A program made the position numbers and the translations under genes. From a virus: DNA of 64,000 nucleotides. The notes beneath the pieces are model-generated. The model ran no database searches. It had not been told where the DNA came from and saw only the letters and a list, made by a program, of their open reading frames with translations. Position 1 is the first letter of the stretch; each line of letters opens with the position of its first letter. Shown in pieces: positions 17,424 to 24,838 of the stretch. The stretch spans positions 66,873 through 130,872 of IMG/VR virus record IMGVR_UViG_3300022407_006288. One strand, given 5' to 3'.

Positions 17424-17984
17424 ATGGCCGATATGACAGGACTAACAACTGATCCATTCTTTTCATTACTTGCCCAAGTGCAAGATGTCAAGACCAAAGT
17501 TTCAGACAGCATTTTTGAAAACTACAAGCTACAAGTAGCACAAGCAAATGACATCAACAATCGCGCAATGCAAGTAGCATTAAGCAACGCAACTGCACTC
17601 ACCGACTTGAAGCAGGCAACTACTGAAAGCACACTACAAACCATGCTTGCTGCTGCACGCACTGATGCTGCTATTGGCGCAACTGCAATGAGCACACAAA
17701 GTGTTATTATGCAGCAAGGTGAAGCAACTCGTGGATTAGTTGGCGGATTGAACACACAAAACTTGAATACCGCATTGATCAACACAAACACAGCTCTTTC
17801 TAGCCTAAACGGTCAATACTCTGGCTTAGGTCTTGCATATGGCGGCGCTGTTGCTGCTGTTCAAAGCGCAAATTCTGTTAACGCAGTAAATGCTCTTAAT
17901 AGCGCAATTGCAACACAAGGCCTGGTTAACACAGGTACTATGACTGGAACTACACAAACCGCAACACCAACATCTATTCGTTAA
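17424..17984 (+). CDS. Ala/Thr/Asn/Gln-rich coiled-coil protein, paralog A2
   Basis: First 37 aa identical to A1. Confidence 0.9.
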   Translation: MADMTGLTTDPFFSLLAQVQDVKTKVSDSIFENYKLQVAQANDINNRAMQVALSNATALTDLKQATTESTLQTMLAAARTDAAIGATAMSTQSVIMQQGEATRGLVGGLNTQNLNTALINTNTALSSLNGQYSGLGLAYGGAVAAVQSANSVNAVNALNSAIATQGLVNTGTMTGTTQTATPTSIR

Positions 17985-18001
17985 TAGATAAGGAGGTTAT
18001 T

Positions 18002-18175
18002 ATGTTTGGATCTAACATTGGATACGGGGCCTGGTCGCCACGTGGATATTTAGGTGCCGGCATAGGATATCCATATTATGGATATTCTGGATGTGGATAC
18101 CCGTACGGCGGATGCCCATACGGTGGATATCCAGGATGGGGATTTTACAATTCTCCCTATCTTCCGTTAATTTAA
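18002..18175 (+). CDS. Gly/Tyr/Pro-rich micropeptide (57 aa)
   Basis: AAGGAGG RBS; MFGSNIGYGAWSPRGYLGAGIGYPYYGYSGCGYPYGGCPYGGYPGWGFYNSPYLPLI; not in ORF track. Confidence 0.85.
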   Translation: MFGSNIGYGAWSPRGYLGAGIGYPYYGYSGCGYPYGGCPYGGYPGWGFYNSPYLPLI

Positions 18176-18193
18176 GTTATAGATAAGTGGATC

Positions 18194-18221
18194 ATAGACT
18201 GACTCACGTGAGTCAGTCTAT
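18194..18221. repeat. Perfect 28-bp palindrome
   Basis: ATAGACTGACTCAC|GTGAGTCAGTCTAT. Confidence 0.95.
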
Positions 18222-18238
18222 TTTAAAGGAGAACAAAA

Positions 18239-18442
18239 ATGTACCCAGGATACTTATATCCCTATTACAGAAGCTATGCATATCCTTACCCAAGTTGGGT
18301 GTATGGTGGTTATACAGGTTATGGTGGCTACGGTGGTTATGGATCAAATATTATAGGCAGCGCAATTGCCAATCAAAGTGTTATAAACACCGGCAACATT
18401 GCAGGATTTACACAAACAGCCACACCCACAGTTATTTGGTAA
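18239..18442 (+). CDS. Tyr/Gly-rich micropeptide with shared C-terminal motif (67 aa)
   Basis: AAGGAG RBS; YPY/GGY repeats then SAIANQSVINTGNIAGFTQTATPTVIW. Confidence 0.88.
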   Translation: MYPGYLYPYYRSYAYPYPSWVYGGYTGYGGYGGYGSNIIGSAIANQSVINTGNIAGFTQTATPTVIW

Positions 18443-18459
18443 TAACAGAAAGGTCTTAT

Positions 18460-18642
18460 ATGTATAAAAAAATATCACATAACATATTAAAAGAACACTT
18501 TGATAGTCCGGCATTTATGCCAACATCTAGTTTACCTAAATTAGGTGATAATTTTATACATCCCGGTAATGGATCGTTATCTATTAACAATCCATTACTT
18601 TATTATGTGATAAATGAAGACATTATGCAATTTAGGAAATAA
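18460..18642 (+). CDS. Small hypothetical protein (60 aa)
   Basis: AAGG RBS; MYKKISHNILKEHF... Confidence 0.7.
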   Translation: MYKKISHNILKEHFDSPAFMPTSSLPKLGDNFIHPGNGSLSINNPLLYYVINEDIMQFRK

Positions 18643-18643
18643 T

Positions 18644-19150
18644 ATGACTGATTTTGAAGATAACAAACATAGGTTAGAATTAATTAAAATGTCAAGGGAA
18701 CTGCTTAATGAGGAATACATTAATCGACGTGCTCAAGATCATAATAGATGGTTGGCAGAAAGTGACGTAATGTGGAAAGCAAAGCGAGTAAAACTTCCAT
18801 ATCCGCCCTTTGCTGCATATCCTACAGATGAAGAAATTGTTGCAAAAGCAACTGTTCTTTATAATTTTGTAAACACAAAACCTGCGGTTGAGCCCGCTCC
18901 TGCACCAATTGATGTGATACCAACCCCGGTGGAGATAGCAGCAACTAACAAAATTTTATCAACACCTATAGCAGAGCCCTTGCAATCTCCATGGGACAAA
19001 TATTTAACACCCGAACAAGAGCCTATATTGAACGAACCAGTTGCTGACATATCAGTCCCTCAAACACCGGTCGAAGAAACTCAATCAACACAGTCGTCGT
19101 TAGTACAGAATTTATTACCGGGCTGGATTAGAAGAAATCAATCAGCCTAA
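18644..19150 (+). CDS. Conserved phage protein with Pro/Glu-rich tail
   Basis: RLELIKMSRELLNEEY...PYPP..YPTDEEIVAKATVLYNFV pattern; ATG 18644 with AGGA. Confidence 0.75.
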   Translation: MTDFEDNKHRLELIKMSRELLNEEYINRRAQDHNRWLAESDVMWKAKRVKLPYPPFAAYPTDEEIVAKATVLYNFVNTKPAVEPAPAPIDVIPTPVEIAATNKILSTPIAEPLQSPWDKYLTPEQEPILNEPVADISVPQTPVEETQSTQSSLVQNLLPGWIRRNQSA

Positions 19151-19158
19151 GGAGTGTT

Positions 19159-19650
19159 ATGTTTAACAATTTAGGTATATTTAGCAATAATTTAATCACC
19201 CCTATTATACTTCGTGGTGCCACATCGCCGTGTCTAGCACCACGTATTCCTGTATGTCCGAGTCCGGCTTCCGATGCCATAGAAATCGGCGGCATTGGTA
19301 ACGATATTATTAACATCGGCGGCGGGGGTGTAGGACCACCCGGCCCCCCAGGACCACCCGGTACTATTGGACTGGTACCAGTGACTGATGTAGCAACACC
19401 CACATACACGGCATTAAGCACTGACTATTTTTTATGTGTATTAACCAATGGATTAGTTACTATTACATTACCAACAGGTATATTAGGGACAGTATACATT
19501 GTTAAAGATTGTTTTGGTGATGCAGCAAACAACCCAATTACTATTCAGGGTACAGGCGGGCAGTTAGTCGATGGCAGTACAGCCACTATTAACACCAATT
19601 TTGGTAGCTTACAATTCGTATTCAATGGATTTGATTGGAGCATAGTATGA
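19159..19650 (+). CDS. Short collagen-like protein with C-terminal beta-domain
   Basis: GVGPPGPPGPPG; C-terminal domain homologous to 20926-21327. Confidence 0.8.
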   Translation: MFNNLGIFSNNLITPIILRGATSPCLAPRIPVCPSPASDAIEIGGIGNDIINIGGGGVGPPGPPGPPGTIGLVPVTDVATPTYTALSTDYFLCVLTNGLVTITLPTGILGTVYIVKDCFGDAANNPITIQGTGGQLVDGSTATINTNFGSLQFVFNGFDWSIV

Positions 19651-19692
19651 TTTATTTGATAAAATTAACAATAGACTTTAAGGAGAATTAAT

Positions 19693-20850
19693 ATGTTAGG
19701 TATATTTTCAGCAAACTTTCCTCAAGGACCTCTGCGTCCGGGAATTAACTTACGTAGACCGGTTCGGGTGTTTGCAGGACAAATTGCAAATTATAACCGC
19801 GGATATGGTTCAGTAAACACCAACTCAATGAGTGGTACAAATCTACTTCGTTTAACTGTTACTAGTACAACACCGCAAACAATTCCTCAAGGACCCGGTA
19901 TTGTGCCTCTTAATGACATGTTATTGACCAGTACAATTAATGGAAACTTTGTGTCAACATTTGACGCTGACTACGGTATTGTCGGCGACTTAATCGATAT
20001 TACTGCCGCAGGTGCCGCCGCTAATACAGCGTTAGCTGCACAGTTAGCCGCATTACCCGGTGGCGTTCCACACGGTGCTGTATTTGGCAACGGCGAAGTT
20101 TTAACACCCGGTATTTACGATGTAGTAACTCCTGCTGCTATTCAAGGCATTTTGACATTGAACGGTGGCGGTGATCCCAATGCATTGTTTGTGATCAGAG
20201 TTGCCGGCGCATTAACCAGTGTGGCCGCAAGTCAGGTGTTATTAACAAATGGTGCCACAGCCAACAATGTGTTCTGGGTAAGTCAAGGTGCCACAGCACT
20301 AGGTGCTAATACCATCTTTCGTGGCACAGCATTGGCAGTAGGGGGAGCCGCTGGCATAGGTGCCGGCAGCATAGTTAATGGTAGATTGTTATCGACACTT
20401 GGCGCAGTTACTACTGACACCAGTATAGTAACACAACCAGGTGCTACAACAACTGCTATTGCATTGGGTGTGCTTGAAAACTTTGCTCTATTCACCAATA
20501 GCGGTGCGGTAGCCAATACAGGGACAAGCATCATAACTGGGAACATTGGAACCAATCTAGGACTTATTACTGGATACGGACTCCCAACTATAGTAAATGG
20601 CAACGTATATATTCCGGGAAGTTTGGCTGCTGGTCCAGTAGCCGCTGACTTTGGTATCTATAAGAATGGAGTATTGATTCCGGGTACATTAGTTTCAGTA
20701 TCCGGTCCAACAACAATTACTGCCGCTCACGTGACATCAACGGGTCCTGTGGTATTGTTAGTGGGTGATGTAGTTACTGCTAGAGCAACTGCTGTACTAG
20801 GCACATTAACAGTGAATACAAGAACATTAACTTTACAACAGGTACCGTAA
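19693..20850 (+). CDS. Ice-binding (DUF3494-like) domain protein with BclA-CTD-like flanks
   Basis: LTPGIY...LTLNGGGDPNALFVIRVAGAL...LTNGATANNVFWV...FRGTAL...NGRLLS; flanks QTIPQGPGIVPLN and FGIYKNGVLIPGT...LLVGDVVT. Confidence 0.85.
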   Translation: MLGIFSANFPQGPLRPGINLRRPVRVFAGQIANYNRGYGSVNTNSMSGTNLLRLTVTSTTPQTIPQGPGIVPLNDMLLTSTINGNFVSTFDADYGIVGDLIDITAAGAAANTALAAQLAALPGGVPHGAVFGNGEVLTPGIYDVVTPAAIQGILTLNGGGDPNALFVIRVAGALTSVAASQVLLTNGATANNVFWVSQGATALGANTIFRGTALAVGGAAGIGAGSIVNGRLLSTLGAVTTDTSIVTQPGATTTAIALGVLENFALFTNSGAVANTGTSIITGNIGTNLGLITGYGLPTIVNGNVYIPGSLAAGPVAADFGIYKNGVLIPGTLVSVSGPTTITAAHVTSTGPVVLLVGDVVTARATAVLGTLTVNTRTLTLQQVP

Positions 20851-20925
20851 TATAGTTTATTTATAGAGCCTACCCGAATTAAAGAGAGACAAAATTTAAC
20901 TAACAACATCACAAGGAAAATTAAA

Positions 20926-21327
20926 ATGTCATATACAAACAATCCAACTTCGATACTTGCCGGACCAGGTATCACCGTTGTACCAACAACAGGTACCGGT
21001 GCAGAAGTAGTTACCATCAGTGCTAGCGGCGGCGGATTCGTAGATATTAGAACTGCTGTTGCAACTCCTGTTACGGTAGTGGCTGCAACTGATAATATCA
21101 TTGATGTAGCTGTTCCAGGTCCAGTTGCCGTAGCAGTAACATTACCTGCTGGTGTACTAGGCCAAGAGTTCACAATCAAAGATGGATTAGGTTTAGCAGC
21201 ACCTGCAACTCCAATCACTATCACACCAACTGCTGGTACAATTGATGGTGCAGCAACTGCAGTTATCGATGCACCATATGGTTCATTAACATTTGTGTAC
21301 AATGGTACGCAATGGTTGATTCTATAA
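20926..21327 (+). CDS. Small beta-rich fibre-type protein
   Basis: VTLPAGVLGQEFTIKDGLG...ITI...IDG...YGSLTFVYNGTQW; paralogous to C-terminus of 19159-19650. Confidence 0.8.
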   Translation: MSYTNNPTSILAGPGITVVPTTGTGAEVVTISASGGGFVDIRTAVATPVTVVAATDNIIDVAVPGPVAVAVTLPAGVLGQEFTIKDGLGLAAPATPITITPTAGTIDGAATAVIDAPYGSLTFVYNGTQWLIL

Positions 21328-21345
21328 ATTTAATAAGGCAATATC

Positions 21346-21876
21346 ATGTACACACGAGTAAATGTATATCCAAACGGGGCACCGATTCCTTCGGTGCTCC
21401 CTGATAGTTATCAATCTTCAATGTATGGTAATACCCCAGCCGGCCAGAGTTGTTCCAACTGTAAAAATTTTAATACAACTAACTTCTATTGCGAAGCATG
21501 GAAAGCCCCGGTTAAACCGCGCTGGTGGTGCGCTGGCTGGGCTCCCGTAGCCAAACTAACACGCCACGGTACAGTAGCTGTGCTATCAAAAAAGATAACA
21601 ACTAGCATGGTAGAAGAGCACTTTGCCGAGGTCCCGAAATTGGCATCAAGTCAATTAAGTTATGGTAACGAAAACGAAGAAGATGTTATCAGGCTTAATG
21701 TTCCCCTAATGATTCGTTTGTTAGAGTGGGCTAGAGAAGGCGCCAGCAAAGATGCCGAATTGCACATTATTGCCGAACGATTAATTGATCTCAGCGATGA
21801 GGGCGACACACTCACAATGAGTGATTATCCTGATATAGTTGTCCAAGAGACTACAGTAGATAGAAAGGAAAATTAA
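21346..21876 (+). CDS. HiPIP-like [4Fe-4S] domain fused to a small helical domain
   Basis: GQSCSNCKNF...YCEAWKAPVKPRWWCAGW (Cx2Cx9Cx12CxxW). Confidence 0.7.
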   Translation: MYTRVNVYPNGAPIPSVLPDSYQSSMYGNTPAGQSCSNCKNFNTTNFYCEAWKAPVKPRWWCAGWAPVAKLTRHGTVAVLSKKITTSMVEEHFAEVPKLASSQLSYGNENEEDVIRLNVPLMIRLLEWAREGASKDAELHIIAERLIDLSDEGDTLTMSDYPDIVVQETTVDRKEN

Positions 21877-21879
21877 ATC

Positions 21880-22488
21880 ATGAATAAAGTGATTATAATA
21901 CATTACGAAGAAGATCCTGAAGCAATCTCAAAATTTAAAATTTTGTCACAGCGATTATGGAGCGAACATAATAGTTATACAAGAAATGGCATAATTAGTG
22001 CATTAGCAGGATTGCCCGATCTTGGCGATGTAATGAATAGATTAATGAGAAATCAAGAAGATATTGGTCAATTTATTGCTCCGTATTATGGTGCGGAAGC
22101 TGCTACTTCATTAACTAATTTGCTAAAAGAACATATTAATATTGCAGCTAACATAGTTGTTGCAGCAAGTCAAAATAAAAGTACGGCTGATCTCGAAGCC
22201 ACATGGCAGGCTAATGCAGTGTCTATAGCTGATCTCTTAGCTTCGCTTGATCCAGTCTATTGGTCTAAAAATATTGTACTGCCTGTGCTTCAACAACATT
22301 TAGCATGTACATTAAAAGAAATTGTATCTAGGTCAAAAAAAGATTGGTTAACAGATATTGCTGCCTATGATGACTGTTCTGCAGTAGTTGCAGTCCTTGC
22401 TGAAGTAATAGCCTACGGTATTGTGTATAACTTTCCGGAAGAATTTATTATACAATATAAATCAAAGTCTTTTAAAAAAGTATACTAA
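21880..22488 (+). CDS. Four-helix bundle protein (Bacillota family often mislabelled 'acetylglutamate kinase')
   Basis: RLWSEHNSYTR..II....LPD...V..RL.RN..DIG..IAPYYG......L..LLKEHI.IA; no kinase motifs. Confidence 0.7.
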   Translation: MNKVIIIHYEEDPEAISKFKILSQRLWSEHNSYTRNGIISALAGLPDLGDVMNRLMRNQEDIGQFIAPYYGAEAATSLTNLLKEHINIAANIVVAASQNKSTADLEATWQANAVSIADLLASLDPVYWSKNIVLPVLQQHLACTLKEIVSRSKKDWLTDIAAYDDCSAVVAVLAEVIAYGIVYNFPEEFIIQYKSKSFKKVY

Positions 22489-23240
22489 AAGCAAAGCCCT
22501 TTTGGTCGGGCTATAAATTACAAAAGGATGTCAGCGATGATCGAGATTTTGTATATACGCCCACCAATAAGCCCCTACGGGATGTTGTTGACCTGCGAAA
22601 ATGGGCAAGCCCCATTGAAGATCAAAAATATCTAGGAAGTTGTACAGCAAATGCAATTGTGGGTGCACATGAGTTATTGACAATTAAAGAATTTCCAAAA
22701 CAATTTGTTGACCTCAGTAGACTATTTGTGTACTATAACGAGCGATTAATAGAAGGCACAATTAGCGAAGATTCCGGTGCATACCTAAGAACAGGAATTA
22801 AAGCAGTAAAGACTTATGGAATATCTACTGAAGCACTGTGGCCTTATAATATAAGTAAGTTTTCAACTACACCATCTCCAGAAAGTTACCAAGATGCAAA
22901 GTATAGAAACATTAAAAATTATTATCGTGTAGATAGCAATGATAAAATGCTTGATGCACTAAATAATGATATACCTGTGGTTGTAGGCGTGTTGCTTTAT
23001 GAAGCATTTGATTCACTGGATAAAAATAATTACGTACTTGGTTTACCAGCTGACACAGAATCATTTACAGGAGGGCATGCCATGGTGCTAGTTGGATATG
23101 ATTTACCAAAAAAATTATTTTTAGTTAGAAATAGTTTTGGCATTGATTGGTGTATTGATGGATATTGCTGGATTACATTTGCATACATGGAAGAAAAATT
23201 ATTAGATGCTTGGATATTTGATATTGATTTAATTACTTAA
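22482..23240 (+). CDS. Papain-like cysteine peptidase (C1A)
   Basis: Frame upstream of the track ORF contains VDLRKWASPIEDQKYLGSCTANA (Gln/Cys); GGHAMVLVGY and VRNSFG complete the triad. No ATG/GTG/TTG before the Cys; ATA at 22482 assumed. Confidence 0.88.
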   Translation: MLKAKPFWSGYKLQKDVSDDRDFVYTPTNKPLRDVVDLRKWASPIEDQKYLGSCTANAIVGAHELLTIKEFPKQFVDLSRLFVYYNERLIEGTISEDSGAYLRTGIKAVKTYGISTEALWPYNISKFSTTPSPESYQDAKYRNIKNYYRVDSNDKMLDALNNDIPVVVGVLLYEAFDSLDKNNYVLGLPADTESFTGGHAMVLVGYDLPKKLFLVRNSFGIDWCIDGYCWITFAYMEEKLLDAWIFDIDLIT

Positions 23241-23308
23241 ATAAGGGCCATTTTCGTCCATATTACTGATCGTATAGATAAATAAGTGTTAATACTAGTG
23301 AGATTACT

Positions 23309-23539
23309 ATGCGTGCCGCAGAATTTCTTATTGAAAAAGCAGTTGAGTCAAGTTGGATTACAGACCTTGTCTATAATCGACCAAATAGAGTGCTAACAAT
23401 GAGAATGTCGGATGGTAAATCATATTCGGTACCCGGTATTACTCGCACACTATTTGAAAGATGGCTTAATTCCCCGTCAAAGGGTGAGTTTTTTCATAAA
23501 TATATAAAAGATATATATCAAGTTAAACGAATATCCTAG
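23309..23539 (+). CDS. KTSC domain protein
   Basis: VESSWITDLVYN...YSVPG...WLNSPSKGEFFHKYIKDIY. Confidence 0.85.
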   Translation: MRAAEFLIEKAVESSWITDLVYNRPNRVLTMRMSDGKSYSVPGITRTLFERWLNSPSKGEFFHKYIKDIYQVKRIS

Positions 23540-23550
23540 GTGTACCAAAT

Positions 23551-23763
23551 ATGCACTTTAATAAACTTAATTCTGATGATAGTTGTAACATTATAGAAAT
23601 GTCTAGGTTCTGTGAAGTTGCGGCTCCACAAGATAAAGAATTAATGAATCAATTACTTGCCGAAAATAAAGTCAATGAGGCATGGGAATTATTAAAAACA
23701 GTATCAAAGAAAATATATAGTAAAAAATCTACTAAAACTATTTATAATGCGAAGCTTTTATAA
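23551..23763 (+). CDS. Hypothetical protein
   Basis: 70-aa ORF in operon. Confidence 0.6.
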   Translation: MHFNKLNSDDSCNIIEMSRFCEVAAPQDKELMNQLLAENKVNEAWELLKTVSKKIYSKKSTKTIYNAKLL

Positions 23764-23992
23764 TACTGATAAATTTTTTCAAAAAATGAAAAAAAAGCCT
23801 GCATTACAACAGGTATTGGATAATTTGACACAGTATACCGCAGACGATATTGAAGCCTTAACAGGTCCTCATTTTCCTCTCTGGATAAAAGATCAGTTGT
23901 TAGAATTAAAAAAACGAAACGGAAAAACATCTGAAGATATAGCAAACGAACTTGCAGAAAAAATGATAGCTGCAAGTCAACGGAGCAAATAA
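23747..23992 (+). CDS. Hypothetical protein
   Basis: 81-aa ORF, overlapping neighbours. Confidence 0.6.
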   Translation: MRSFYNTDKFFQKMKKKPALQQVLDNLTQYTADDIEALTGPHFPLWIKDQLLELKKRNGKTSEDIANELAEKMIAASQRSK

Positions 23993-24246
23993 TGACTTGG
24001 AATTATAGACTGTGTAAACAAACATATAAAAACGATATCGGGTATGATGAGTGCTTTTATGAAATAAAAGAAGCATACTACAATAAAAATGGCGAGATTT
24101 GGGCAGTTACAGAAAGAGCACAATCTGTATACAGCGAAACAGTTGACGGTGTTAAATATTGTCTCGAAAGGATGCAATTAGCACTTCAAAAAGACATAGT
24201 TGATCTAGACACATTTGTTTTTGCAAAACAAGATCCGCCAAATTAA
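23992..24246 (+). CDS. Conserved phage hypothetical protein
   Basis: MTWNYRL...YEIKEAYYNKNG pattern; TAATG coupling. Confidence 0.75.
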   Translation: MTWNYRLCKQTYKNDIGYDECFYEIKEAYYNKNGEIWAVTERAQSVYSETVDGVKYCLERMQLALQKDIVDLDTFVFAKQDPPN

Positions 24247-24310
24247 AAATAAAATTACCACAACTAGTGGTGCAGTGAGTTTTAAATCACTGATTAATGG
24301 CAAAACAATT

Positions 24311-24523
24311 ATGGCATCATTTTTTAAAGAAGGTAATAAACTTAACTTTAACGGCTTCAAGGGCACAATTATTAAAATAACAGAAACATATAGAAAAAAT
24401 GTTCTTGTTTTAAAAGTTACAGAATCACCCAAAAAAAATTCTTACACGCACGGCAAGGTAGACACAATTGGTATTTTTGAATATCCAGACGGAACTTTAG
24501 AATTTATGTCGGTGATTGATTAG
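24311..24523 (+). CDS. Hypothetical protein
   Basis: ATG 24311 preferred over track start. Confidence 0.6.
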   Translation: MASFFKEGNKLNFNGFKGTIIKITETYRKNVLVLKVTESPKKNSYTHGKVDTIGIFEYPDGTLEFMSVID

Positions 24524-24595
24524 ACTAATTTTAACATATTTGTAACACAATCGTACAGAAGTATGATAAGTAACATTACTCAAAGGAGTAATGCA

Positions 24596-24829
24596 ATGAC
24601 AGTTGAAATTTTTGGAGCCGAATGGTGTACTTTTTGTAAACAAGCAGTTATACTCTGTGAAAGTAAAAATATGCAATATGATTATATTGACATAGACGAA
24701 ACTTCAAATTTGAAAATTTTAGAAGAAAAACTCGGAAATAAAGTTAAATCCATACCACAAATTTTCATAAATGGCACACTTATTCCGGGCGGATATAGTG
24801 GACTTAAACAGGAATTAGAAAAAGATTGA
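24596..24829 (+). CDS. Glutaredoxin
   Basis: WCTFC active site, SIPQIFING; AGGAG RBS. Confidence 0.92.
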   Translation: MTVEIFGAEWCTFCKQAVILCESKNMQYDYIDIDETSNLKILEEKLGNKVKSIPQIFINGTLIPGGYSGLKQELEKD

Positions 24830-24838
24830 GAGTGTTAT

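Noticed and set aside
16643-17984. R-body (RebB) or gas-vesicle (GvpA) identity for A1/A2
   Set aside because: Only compositional similarity; length is about twice as long and I could not find their family motifs.
18002-18442. RiPP precursor interpretation of the GY micropeptides
   Set aside because: No radical SAM, YcaO, lanthipeptide or transporter genes in the window, and no leader/core split; not excluded genome-wide.
21880-22488. Acetylglutamate kinase activity
   Set aside because: No amino-acid-kinase fold motifs; the sequence is all-helical, and the name is a known-style misannotation.
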